A stretch of DNA of 51,228 nucleotides from an uncultured Planctomycetaceae bacterium. Lineage in GTDB: Bacteria; Planctomycetota; Planctomycetia; Pirellulales; JAEUIK01. This document shows positions 27,401 to 36,053 of the stretch, one piece after another. Position 1 is the first letter of the stretch. Each line of letters opens with the position of its first letter. The position numbers and the translations under genes are program-made. The DNA is taken from contig CAZBWM010000002.1 in assembly GCA_964495375.1 (NCBI GenBank), positions 137,780-189,007 on the forward strand. The letters run 5' to 3'. Under the pieces are notes generated by a model. That model searched no databases and was not told the origin of the DNA. It saw only the letters and a list, made by a program, of their open reading frames with translations.

Positions 27401-30293
27401 CTTTGTCGCCCACCCTAGCTCGGGCCTGCCATCCTCTGGCTCGATCGAGCTGCTGAACTCCAGCGGCACGACGGTTTTTCGCGATTTCGGCGAAAGTGCC
27501 ACGGGAGTCGACAACGATCTGGTGCTGCTCACGTATCGAGTGCCGAGCACCGGAGATTACTACCTGCGCACCAGATGGTTCTCCAGCCCTGTCAGCTACT
27601 CGGTGCGCGCGTACTTGTCGACAGACACAGCGCCACTAGCGCCAACTGCCAACGACGACTACTACTCGTTCACCGTCGCTGCCGGCGAAAGCGTCAGCCT
27701 GGCACTCGCAGGGCTGACGACGGGCCCCCTGCACGTCGAGCTGCAGAACGCGGCGGGCGTCGTGCTGGCCAGCGGCCAAACGGGCGCGACTAACCTGGCC
27801 GAGTCGACCGCCCCCTGGATTGCTCCGACCACGGGAGTGTATTACGCACACGTCACCTCAAACACGGTCGCCGACTACAGCCTGACGGTCAATCGCAATG
27901 CCGTGTTTGATCGCGAAGGAAACGACGATCCCGAGGGACCGCTGCAAAGCTTGTTTGGCACCCATGGCGCCTTGGGCTCGCTCAACGCCAATTCGCCCCC
28001 CATGATCGGTGCGCTGCATTTTGAGCTTGACCCCACGCTGTCATACATCACGCTCAGCGGCACCGTCGGTCCGCCGCCGCGGTTTGCCAGGCCACTTACC
28101 GAACAAAGCCCGGGTAGCCTGACCGCTCATTTTGGCGGGCATGTCCTGCTCGATCGGCAGGAGTCGACGATCGAATTCATCACCGGGAGCGAAATCGAGG
28201 CCATCGACCAACCAGGGCCCTTCGCGCCCGGCGACGTCTCCGCAGATTTCGCCATGAACGTGATCATTGCCGGGCTGCAGTCCGCCGGTGTGTTCGAGCA
28301 TATCGTCATTGATGCCGTCAGCCTGCTTTTAGGGCCCCAGCCGGTGGCGGCAGCCGCGGCAGATGGTCCGCAGCTAGCCAGCCATGTGTTCCCGGCTAAC
28401 AGCGTCATCTTCTCGTTGACGTCGGGCGATTTCTCGCTGGAGATTCCTGACACGCTCTTCACGTCATTCGATGTGTCGGGATGGGGGCAAGTCAATCAAG
28501 CGACCGGTAATGGCAGTCTGGATGATTTCGGCGATCACCTGACGTTGAGCATCCCGTTGCATTTTTCGGTCGAATTGATCGTTCCGGGGATCAACGCGCC
28601 GGCCGAACTGATTCTCGACGGGCAACTGGTCGCCAATTACGAAGACCCTGGCCCCATCGACCCGGTCGACTACTATCTGGTACACCTCGAACCGGGCCAG
28701 CAGTTGACGATATCGACCGATACGCCGCTCGACGGAGTTTCGGGAGTCACGCAGAACACCCTCGATGTCTCGCTGGAGCTGCTCGATTCGCTAGGCGGTA
28801 TCGTCGCCAGCGATTTGAACTCGGCCGGCGACGGAAAAAACGCAGCCCTGTCATTCATTTCGCTCAGCGGTGGCGACTATCGCATTGGCGTTCGCGCCCA
28901 GTCGGGCGTGGGTGAATACGTGCTGCATACGGAGTTGAGCAACCTAGCGCCGATTGCCGATGCGGGCGGGCCATACACGGTCACAAAAGGGGGCGGCCTG
29001 ACGCTCGACGCGTCACTTTCTCACGACCCAAATCCCAACGACCTGCTGACCTATAGCTGGGACATCAACGGCGACGGCGTGTTTGGCGACGCCAGTGGCG
29101 TGTCACCGACGCTGACCTGGGCCCAGCTCGAGACCCTGGGAATCGTTGTCAACTCGACCTATCAAGTGCAAGTCTTGGTCACCGACGGCGAATTGCCCGA
29201 CATCGGCGACACGACGTTGACGACACAGTACTCCTCGATCGAAGCGCGGCAAATCTTCTACAATCGCTCGGCTTTCGACGGCAACAACCCCATGCCCAAT
29301 GCGGCCGATGACGGGGCCATTGCCACGGACAAACATGCTTTGCTGCCGGGCGAGACTGCTACGTTTGCCAATTACACAAGCTATAGCCGCGGCATCAACG
29401 GCATCATGATCGACATTGCCGGGCTACCCAATGTGCCCACGGCGGCTGACTTCCAGTTCATCGTCGGCAACCTGGGGGATATTCCGGGGGATTGGTCGGA
29501 AGGCCCCGCGCCGGCGAGCGTCAGCGTCCGGCAAGGCGACGGCGTCGGTGGTGCGGATCGTGTGACGATCATCTGGACTGACAATGCAATCCAGAAGCAG
29601 TGGCTCTTCGTACGAGTTATCGCCAACGACCAGACCGGGCTTGAGCGGGCCGATGAGTTCTATTTTGGTAACGCGCTGGGGGACACGGGCGGCTCGCCGA
29701 CAAACGCGAAGGTGAATGCGACCGATCAAATCGAGATCCGTGGCCATCAACGCGTGGCCGTGATCAACCCAGCGCCGATCACTGATCCGTATGACATCAA
29801 TCGCGACCGCAGCGTTAACGCCACGGACGAGATCTTGGCGCGGCGCAACCAGACAGCCTTCGACTCATTGCGGTTGGTCACTGCGCCGGTGGTGGCATTT
29901 GGCCCGGGTGTAACACTTCGCCTGGCGGCAGCCCTGCTGCCCCCGGCCACGACCGGTGACGCGTTGTCGGCAGCCATGTTTTCGACGGCGACGCCCTTGC
30001 CGACTGCCACGCCGCTGGGCGGCAGCACCTTGCCCGCTTCGCTGGATGTGAGCCTCGCTCGGTCGGTTGTATCCCCTGCGGCACCCAGGCAGTTTGTGGC
30101 GACCTTGACTCGGGACTTGGCGGTGCGAGCCGTGGCCAGCGAACTGGGGCCGCTGACAGTTATCGCGAAAGCTCCCACCAAGGTCTCCGTGTTACAGCCT
30201 GAAACCCCAGCGCTCGACGACTCGTTGTTGACGTTGTTGTCGCAGAACCTGGTTCGCACCTCGGGAATGCGACCAGTGCTCCGTCGTGCTTGA
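24450..30293 (+). CDS. giant secreted multidomain protein: N-terminal metzincin-like metalloprotease, multiple PPC domains, PKD domain, dockerin-like repeat
   Basis: 1948 aa. The N-terminus RRAVFEVLEARRVLT is a motif I recall from large Planctomycete surface proteins. HEAGHAVGLYH is the metzincin HExxHxxGxxH signature. At least six repeats have the pre-peptidase C-terminal (PPC) pattern (D-x-D-x-F/Y ... G-x-Y-x-(I/L)-x-V). A PKD-like segment is PIADAGGPYTVTKGGGLTLDAS...WDINGDG, and a dockerin-like segment is DINRDRSVNATDEIL. An alternative TTG start lies at 24429. Confidence 0.8.
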   Translation: MSDREQSFWGRFGVQRKRGRHRNRRPAPRRAVFEVLEARRVLTHVGDGALIHNPMVVEMGSVPIIDPALGIVPADVVSSLTGLPALHSRPGAPASIFLDFDGHFEPVWGGFTNVTTPVFDLDGDTSTFNGTEIAVINSVWQRVSEDYAPFNIDVTTVNPGDFSNGKGLRVAIGGLGDWLGFAAGGVAYIDNFTNAIANTVYVFPGHLSNSEKLIAEASSHEAGHAVGLYHQSTYDSNSVKVQEYNPGSGNWAPIMGNSYSAQVSTWYNGQSSEGATALQDDMSIIARPLNGFGYRADDHGGTTATASPMTVDGDSVLGGGVIETMSDVDAFTFSTDAGLVTLTANVASLGANLKAVLELYDSFGTLVAQANPASPAILSATISTFVPAGVYTVLVKATGNYGWVGQYSLTGAVNGGLFVEGHTPTEVDVVDTPPTDFDIHFSRFLDSDTIDASDLLVNGVAADSYELLPDFRTVRFHFNTSPVTVEGLQHLEIAAGALQELDLGTLLKPFAGTFRYDPTPLSITSIVPADGSAVTLPMTNLTVHFSQEFAAGSVSAGDLLLDRGTVTGFTIVDSSTIDFAIAGLTTEGPLSVQIQAGKLTDLAGNPSLPFAGNLILDVGIVPYPSPLGAVDPLGSQIYDPAVAGTIGFAGDTDSFTLDVPVGQTISVVVESGTGLKPAVTLYDPLGVAIGTATAPAAGKAAVLNTVATLSGGTYTIVVTGAENSIGSYSAHVLINTAIEESRYGGATNSSRATAQSLDDSFLDLGGGISRGAVLGQSQPPIGPLANESEPNDTLLTADDATRNFLPAVGADSQRYQLGLRGQLQTFGDSDWIRLGTLRAGDRLSLAEYGSGSARGSVGDTYLYLYRGTSASPILVASNDDSGPGADSFIYRFNISTTDEYYLRAGSFSGGTGFYDIALSLEAAGAGPVTGGAVPVESEPNDSAATAIDASTSWRAVQHVSQTTGSLGFDYDYFKYHFTAGDLVSFVAHPSSGLPSSGSIELLNSSGTTVFRDFGESATGVDNDLVLLTYRVPSTGDYYLRTRWFSSPVSYSVRAYLSTDTAPLAPTANDDYYSFTVAAGESVSLALAGLTTGPLHVELQNAAGVVLASGQTGATNLAESTAPWIAPTTGVYYAHVTSNTVADYSLTVNRNAVFDREGNDDPEGPLQSLFGTHGALGSLNANSPPMIGALHFELDPTLSYITLSGTVGPPPRFARPLTEQSPGSLTAHFGGHVLLDRQESTIEFITGSEIEAIDQPGPFAPGDVSADFAMNVIIAGLQSAGVFEHIVIDAVSLLLGPQPVAAAAADGPQLASHVFPANSVIFSLTSGDFSLEIPDTLFTSFDVSGWGQVNQATGNGSLDDFGDHLTLSIPLHFSVELIVPGINAPAELILDGQLVANYEDPGPIDPVDYYLVHLEPGQQLTISTDTPLDGVSGVTQNTLDVSLELLDSLGGIVASDLNSAGDGKNAALSFISLSGGDYRIGVRAQSGVGEYVLHTELSNLAPIADAGGPYTVTKGGGLTLDASLSHDPNPNDLLTYSWDINGDGVFGDASGVSPTLTWAQLETLGIVVNSTYQVQVLVTDGELPDIGDTTLTTQYSSIEARQIFYNRSAFDGNNPMPNAADDGAIATDKHALLPGETATFANYTSYSRGINGIMIDIAGLPNVPTAADFQFIVGNLGDIPGDWSEGPAPASVSVRQGDGVGGADRVTIIWTDNAIQKQWLFVRVIANDQTGLERADEFYFGNALGDTGGSPTNAKVNATDQIEIRGHQRVAVINPAPITDPYDINRDRSVNATDEILARRNQTAFDSLRLVTAPVVAFGPGVTLRLAAALLPPATTGDALSAAMFSTATPLPTATPLGGSTLPASLDVSLARSVVSPAAPRQFVATLTRDLAVRAVASELGPLTVIAKAPTKVSVLQPETPALDDSLLTLLSQNLVRTSGMRPVLRRA

Positions 30294-30659
30294 CTCACAA
30301 AAAGTAGCAGTTAGGCTGCTTGTTGAAACTCTAGGCGGTATCTAGGCCGCTTGGTTCATCGTAAAGGGGACGCTACTGCAACGCACCGCTGGCTCAGTGG
30401 ACCACTCCTAGTCAGTCCACCGTGCCCGGGATGCACAGGAGCTCCTCCGCGGGGTCGTTTTTTGGCCCCGCATGGCAGCCCGTCATGCGCGCTCGATCTC
30501 GCGCATTCGACGGTTGGACAGCTCCCCTAATGGCATGCAGGCGTTGCCGCTGCCATTGCGCTTTCGGAGACGGTTCTGCCTGGCTTGGTTGGGTTGCCGG
30601 GACAACGCGCGTTTCGCAGTTAGCACAACTGCAGATCACATTTTGATTGAGGACCGATA

Positions 30660-31262
30660 GTGATGCGAAACTTGCGATTACTCGGTGGACTGGCGTTGTT
30701 CGTTGTCTCGCTTGGTAGCACCGCGGCACTCGCCGAGCCGATTATCTTTGTCGGCGACCACGCGCTGGTGGGCAATCAGGCCGGACAAAAAATATCGATC
30801 TTTGTCTCCGGTGGCGACGCCGTGGAAGGTCTCAACCTGAACGTGCAAGTCGGCGATGGTGGACCACCTCTCGGCGGCACGACGATCGCCCCCGTCATCA
30901 CCGCGATCGATTTCATCACCGGCACGATCTTCGACGGTAACAACAATGGGCAGTCGGACATCGCGACGTTCCCGTTGTTTTACGCCGGCAGCACGACAAC
31001 GTCGAAGGCTACCGTTGCTGCCGACGGCCTGCTGGCTACGTTGACGATCGACACGACCGGTTTCCTCTTCGGGTCATGGGCCCTGCAGCTTGGCAATACC
31101 GACAACGGACCGACCGATTTCACTGTGGTCGGGGCCGCCATCACCGACGGAACAATCAGCGTCCCTGAGCCGAGCGGATTGGTGCTTGCCTTGGCGACGC
31201 TGTTGCCGATCGCCCTGGCCTGTCGTTGCATCACGAGCCGGCGACGCTACCGCCGATCATGA
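30660..31262 (+). CDS. PEP-CTERM sorting-domain protein
   Basis: Signal peptide MMRNLRLLGGLALFVVSLGSTAALA. The C-terminus is VPEPSGLVLALATLLPIALACRCITSRRRYRRS, the PEP motif plus a TM helix and an Arg cluster. Confidence 0.75.
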   Translation: MMRNLRLLGGLALFVVSLGSTAALAEPIIFVGDHALVGNQAGQKISIFVSGGDAVEGLNLNVQVGDGGPPLGGTTIAPVITAIDFITGTIFDGNNNGQSDIATFPLFYAGSTTTSKATVAADGLLATLTIDTTGFLFGSWALQLGNTDNGPTDFTVVGAAITDGTISVPEPSGLVLALATLLPIALACRCITSRRRYRRS

Positions 31263-31524
31263 TGCTCGCGGCTACGGCTTGCTCGGTCCTGCTGCGGAGG
31301 CGGTTCCGGAAGCCATAGCGGTCGATCTCAATTACCTGGATCGCTGAGATCGATTTCCAGGGGGACGCTAATGCGTTCTGTTCGAACGTTGGTAAGAGAA
31401 TCGAGTCGACGGTGCTCACGACGCCTTGCGGAGTCGCGTGACGAGACTTTTCGCGACCCGAGCGCGCAGCATCAGCGCAGTTGACTGCGGAGAAGGGCAC
31501 ACGGCTATGCCGCTTTGCGGTGGT

Positions 31525-31611
31525 AGTGCTTGAGCAACCCGCCGAGCTTTCGTACGTGGGCAGTCAAAGCCGAAATAACCGCACCACTTAATAGCAAAAG
31601 GTCGGTTTTCG
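31525..31611. repeat. dispersed ~85-bp repeat, copy A
   Basis: AGTGCTTGA...(43 nt)...AACCGCACCACTTAATAGCAAAAGGTCGGTTTTCG matches copy B at 46612-46696 (about 30 of 36 positions in the core, same spacing). Confidence 0.6.
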
Positions 31612-32179
31612 CGTTCAGTTCCTTTGCCGCAGTCCAGTCGTCGCGGCGCTCGCAGTTACCAGCGCCTACTGCAGCCCAGCTTCGCTGGACCAGGACAGCG
31701 GGGTGCCAAGAGGGTGCATGGAGGGTTCAAGGAATTTAGCTTCGGGGTCCATTCGCGTATTTTGGTGGTCTCGACCGTAGAAACTTGTGTGCAAACACCA
31801 AGGCTGCAAATGTCACATAGCAACCGGTGGCCAAGACTCCGAAAAGTGCCCAGTCCGCTCACCATTGAGAGTCAGCCAAAACAAGACGGGCAGGAATACT
31901 AACGTGCCTCCGCTAGAAGTTGGAAGTACATGCTCTCGGAACCAAATCCGGCCGAGTGTTGTTTTGCCCGTAGCGTAGGGATAGATCTCCTATTCCGATT
32001 TTCTCGGCAGTCGCCACCAACTCGTCGCGGAAACGAAAATGCGACCGTATACTACCGCGCTCAAACCAGAAGGCGCCAAGCGCAACCGCGCATGAAGAAC
32101 CCCGCCGAGACTCGGGTGAGCGACCGTCGGGGGTGTCGTGGTCCAACGAATGTTTGCCACAGCGATCAAGGACCAAGCC

Positions 32180-33310
32180 ATGCGGCGCCAAATCTACCTC
32201 GATTTCAATGGCTCAACGCCGATCGCACGAGAAGTCCTCGTAGCGATGCAACCGCACATGGTTGCCAGTTTCGGCAACCCGTCGAGCGGTCACTGGGCCG
32301 CCCAGCCGGCTCACGATGCGGTCGAGCGGGCTCGCGGGCAAGTCGCGGCGCTGATCGGTTGCCAAGCGACCGAAGTCACCTTCACGTCCGGCGGAACTGA
32401 AGCCAACAACCAGGCCTTGAAAGGTGTCTGCTGGGCGAAGAAAGATAGCGTTGCCAAGCCACATTTCGTCGCCTCGGCAATCGAGCATCCAGCGATCCTG
32501 GCCCCACTGCGGTTCCTTGAGCGCCTCGGCGCTGAGGTAACGATCGTCGGTGTTGACCGATTCGGATGCGTCGATCCGGATGATATCCGCCGCGTGATAC
32601 GGGCCAATACAGTGCTCGTCTCCGTGATGCATGCCAACAACGAAGTCGGCACGATTCAGCCCATCGCCGAGATCGGTGCGATTTCCCGTGACCGCGGCGT
32701 GCTGTTTCACACGGACGCGGCACAGAGCCTCGGCAAGATCGCGGTCGACGTGGATGCCTTGCAAGTCGATCTGCTGTCGATCGCCGGCCACAAGCTCTAT
32801 GCGCCCAAAGGAGTTGGCGCTCTCTATGTCCGTGAAGGTACGGGTCTGGAGAGCTTGTTGCACGGTGGCAACCACGAGGCAGGTCGCCGAGCCGGGACAG
32901 AGAGTGCCTTGCTCACCGCGGGACTCGGCGCCGCGTGCGAGGTGAGTCGGCATTGGCTCGCGAGCGAGAGCATCCTGAAGCTGCGAGAGCTGTTTTGGGG
33001 CTTGCTACAGGAGAGCTGCGGAGACGCCGTGGTGCTCAACGGTCATCCAACGCAAAGATTGCCCAATACGCTCAACGTCAGCTTTGTCGGATGCGATGGT
33101 GGTGCGTTACTGGCGCGGTTGGAGGAAGTTGCCGCGTCGACTGGCTCGGCATGCCACTCCGGGGACACGAGCGGAAGCCCGGTGCTGGCCGCAATGGGCG
33201 TAAGTCCGCAGGTGGCAGCCGGCGCGATCCGCTTCAGCCTCGGCCGATCAACCAGCGAGGATGAGATTCGCGACGTCGTTACGCGACTGCGAGGCGCACT
33301 TTCCAGCTAA
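32180..33310 (+). CDS. cysteine desulfurase (class V aminotransferase, IscS/NifS-like); possible selenocysteine lyase partner of SelD
   Basis: RRQIYLDFNGSTP...TSGGTEANN...HTDAAQSLGKI...SIAGHKLYAPKGVGALYV includes the PLP-Lys motif and the active-site Cys loop (GSACHSG). Confidence 0.85.
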   Translation: MRRQIYLDFNGSTPIAREVLVAMQPHMVASFGNPSSGHWAAQPAHDAVERARGQVAALIGCQATEVTFTSGGTEANNQALKGVCWAKKDSVAKPHFVASAIEHPAILAPLRFLERLGAEVTIVGVDRFGCVDPDDIRRVIRANTVLVSVMHANNEVGTIQPIAEIGAISRDRGVLFHTDAAQSLGKIAVDVDALQVDLLSIAGHKLYAPKGVGALYVREGTGLESLLHGGNHEAGRRAGTESALLTAGLGAACEVSRHWLASESILKLRELFWGLLQESCGDAVVLNGHPTQRLPNTLNVSFVGCDGGALLARLEEVAASTGSACHSGDTSGSPVLAAMGVSPQVAAGAIRFSLGRSTSEDEIRDVVTRLRGALSS

Positions 33311-33435
33311 CGAACCCGCGGAGCGCGGCGGGGCTGTGGCGCGCTGACGAAAGCTAGCCGGAGCATTTTATTCGCTGGCATAAAGCTGCGTCGCAACTCC
33401 GCGCCAGGTTGCTCACAACACCAAACGGCAGGTTG

Positions 33436-34536
33436 TTATGCCCCGTCCGTCGTTAGTGTGTGGAGCCGCTCGCGGGCAACGCGATACAGTTCGCTGTCGG
33501 TTGGGGCCGAGGTGACCACTTCGCCGAGTAGTTGCTTGGCCTTGTCGGGGGCGACTTTCGCCAGCCGCTCGGCCCGCTCAAACGTTTTGTGGCAGGCCCG
33601 CAAGTGGCGGCAGCGTTCGGCGGCCGCGACCTCGGTTTTGTCCCGCTTGAGCGCGGTCAGCCGCTTCTGGGCCAATTCGGCCGAGGGGGCGGGCGAAAGC
33701 TTGACTGCCTGCTCGTAGACCAAAAACGCGCAGCACGTCTGATCGTCCTTCTCGTGCTGCTGGCCAAGCTGCCACAACCGCGCCGCCTCCGGCTCGTTAA
33801 GCACCAGGGCGTATTGCGGGCTGCGACGCAATTTGACCAGGCGCCTACGCAGTTCGGGCCCGATACGAGGGACGTCGTCATAGGCCCACAGCAGTTTGTC
33901 GAATTCTTCGAAGCAACTTAGCACGACGGCGTTAGGATCGTCGGGCTTCGCGCCGGTCGCGGGCGGCGCCGGTTGTTGTTCGCCGGGTCCGGCCACTGGG
34001 GTGTCGTCTTCAAGGCCAGGAATCGCGATCGCGTCGCGGTGGTAGCGCGATTTGGAGCCGGTCGACCCCGGGGCAGCGGACTTCGACTTCGAACCAGCCG
34101 CCGGAACTGCCGGCGCGCTGGCCGACGTGGCATCGGCTAGCCGCGTTTCAATATCGTCGAACTTCTGGCGGGCTTCGTCCTGTAAGGCGGTGAGCGCCTG
34201 ACGTGCGGCGGCCGCCTGCTCGGGCGCGTCCTTATTCAACGCGACGCGCGTGTACAGCGTCACCGCTTTGCGAATCAGTCCGGACTTTTGTGCCGACTCG
34301 GCCATGGCCAAGCGCGCCTTGGCATCATCGGTGATGGCCAGGATCGCGGCTTGTTCCGCCTCCCAGGCCATTTGCATGGCCAGCATGGCAGCTTCACGAC
34401 GGGCCAAGGTGGCAGCGCTAACGCCCCCCCCGGGGGCACAGCCTGCAGCGCCTCACAAGCCCACCGCTGGCTTCATGTCAACCAGCGTCAAACCGGCGGT
34501 CAGAACGACCGTGAAGAATCTTGTGCGACGATGCAT
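33436..34536 (-). CDS. hypothetical exported helical/TPR-like protein interrupted by one in-frame TGA (candidate selenoprotein or pseudogene)
   Basis: ATG at 34536 encodes the signal peptide MHRRTRFFTVVLTAGLTLVDMKPAVGL. An in-frame TGA follows at 34455..34453. The same frame then continues GAAGCAPGGGVSAATLARREAAMLAMQ... for 323 aa. A C8G5 homopolymer and a strong hairpin lie 15-35 nt downstream of the UGA. Confidence 0.5.
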
Positions 34537-34899
34537 CGTGATCCCCTCCGTCGCTGAATATTAAAAGCGTTTGTGGCACCGCCAAGTTTATCTGAGGGTA
34601 CCAAACGCTCGATAGCAACGATTGGTAGTCTACGGATGGGCGTTGCCCGCTGCAAGCTGAAGATGGGCAAGCGAACCGCTAATTTGGAGTCTGGTTCGTT
34701 TTTCGGCCCGTTAGCGTCAATTTTGCGTTACGCACATCGACCGAATGCCGGGAGACCGGCCCCCAACTCAATACGCGGCAGGGCTTGTTTTGCGGTGTTT
34801 GCAGCGGCTCGCTCTTTGGCCGACACTGATGTCGAGGCGAATTCTCACCGCGCCGGGAACATCCGTGCCGCGAACGTCCGTCCTGAAAGTGTTGTGGCG

Positions 34900-35961
34900 A
34901 TGAACACGAACGACTTGTCAGTACGGCTTACGCAGTTAGCCAAACGCGCCGGATGCGCTGCCAAGCAGCCCCCTGGCTATTTGTTACCGTTGCTGGGACA
35001 GATTGGTGGCCTGCTCGACCCGAATGTTCTCGTGGGCTGCGCGACGGCCGACGACGCGGCAGTTTATAAACTGTCAGACGACCTGGCGCTTGTCCTCACG
35101 ACGGACTTCTTCACACCCATTGTGGATCGGCCCTACGACTTTGGTGCGGTCGCCGCCGCGAACGCACTGAGCGATGTTTACGCGATGGGGGGCCAGCCCT
35201 TAATGGCCCTGAACCTCGTCGGTTTCCCAGACGAGAAGCTCTCGGTCGATGTGCTCGCCGAGATCTTGCGCGGAGCGGCCGACAAGGCCACCGAGGCGGG
35301 CATCGCCATCGTCGGGGGGCACACCATCAAGTCCGAAGAACCGATTTTTGGACTATGCGTCGTCGGCACGGTTCACCCCAATAAAGTGCATGCGAACTCC
35401 GGCGCCGTGCCAGGAGACTTGCTGGTGCTGACCAAGGCGATCGGCTTGGGAATTATCACTACCGCTGCCAAGAACAACCAGGACCATCTCGGCGCGATCG
35501 GGCAGGTAATCCAGATCATGACCACCCTGAACAAAACCGCGGCCGAAGTGCTCGCGCGGTTCGACGTCCATGCCGTAACGGATGTCACGGGATTTGGGCT
35601 CTTAGGCCATTTGCGAAACGTCACGTCGGCCAGCGGCGTGCATGCCCGAGTCTGGGCCGACGCGGTTCCGCTGCTTCCGCCGGCGCGGGAGTATTTGAGT
35701 AACGGAATTGCTCCCGGCGGGACCCACGCGAACTGGAGATTTCTGGCCGACTGGGTAACGTACGAGGAGGGTTTAACCAAAGAGGAGCAGCTCCTCCTGT
35801 GCGACGCGCAGACGTCTGGAGGCCTGTTGGCTTGCGTTGACAGTGAGCAATGCCCAGAGCTGATCCGTGCGTTACAAAACGCCGGCATCGAGGCGGCTGC
35901 GGTGATTGGCAGGATCGAACATGGCGAGCCAGGCAAGATCAGCGTCTCAGCACATCGATAG
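34900..35961 (+). CDS. selD: selenide, water dikinase (selenophosphate synthetase), Cys-type
   Basis: MNTNDLSVRLTQLAKRAGCAAK matches the E. coli SelD N-terminus [20 protein letters not shown]. Also DPNVLVGCATADDAAVYKL and AIR-synthase-related C-terminal motifs. Confidence 0.9.
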   Translation: MNTNDLSVRLTQLAKRAGCAAKQPPGYLLPLLGQIGGLLDPNVLVGCATADDAAVYKLSDDLALVLTTDFFTPIVDRPYDFGAVAAANALSDVYAMGGQPLMALNLVGFPDEKLSVDVLAEILRGAADKATEAGIAIVGGHTIKSEEPIFGLCVVGTVHPNKVHANSGAVPGDLLVLTKAIGLGIITTAAKNNQDHLGAIGQVIQIMTTLNKTAAEVLARFDVHAVTDVTGFGLLGHLRNVTSASGVHARVWADAVPLLPPAREYLSNGIAPGGTHANWRFLADWVTYEEGLTKEEQLLLCDAQTSGGLLACVDSEQCPELIRALQNAGIEAAAVIGRIEHGEPGKISVSAHR

Positions 35962-36053
35962 AAAACCACCTCCCGATTCTTGCCCGTGGCCCAATTGTGC
36001 AATGTGCGTCGGACTTACCATCACTTCTGCTGCGCGACTAAACGAGGCTCCCG

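Noticed and set aside
34573-34899. N-terminal 109-aa extension of the selD ORF (track start 34573)
   Set aside because: The extension is Arg/Ala-rich without homology. The conserved SelD N-terminus (M-x5-RLTQ...AGC..K) starts exactly at ATG 34900.
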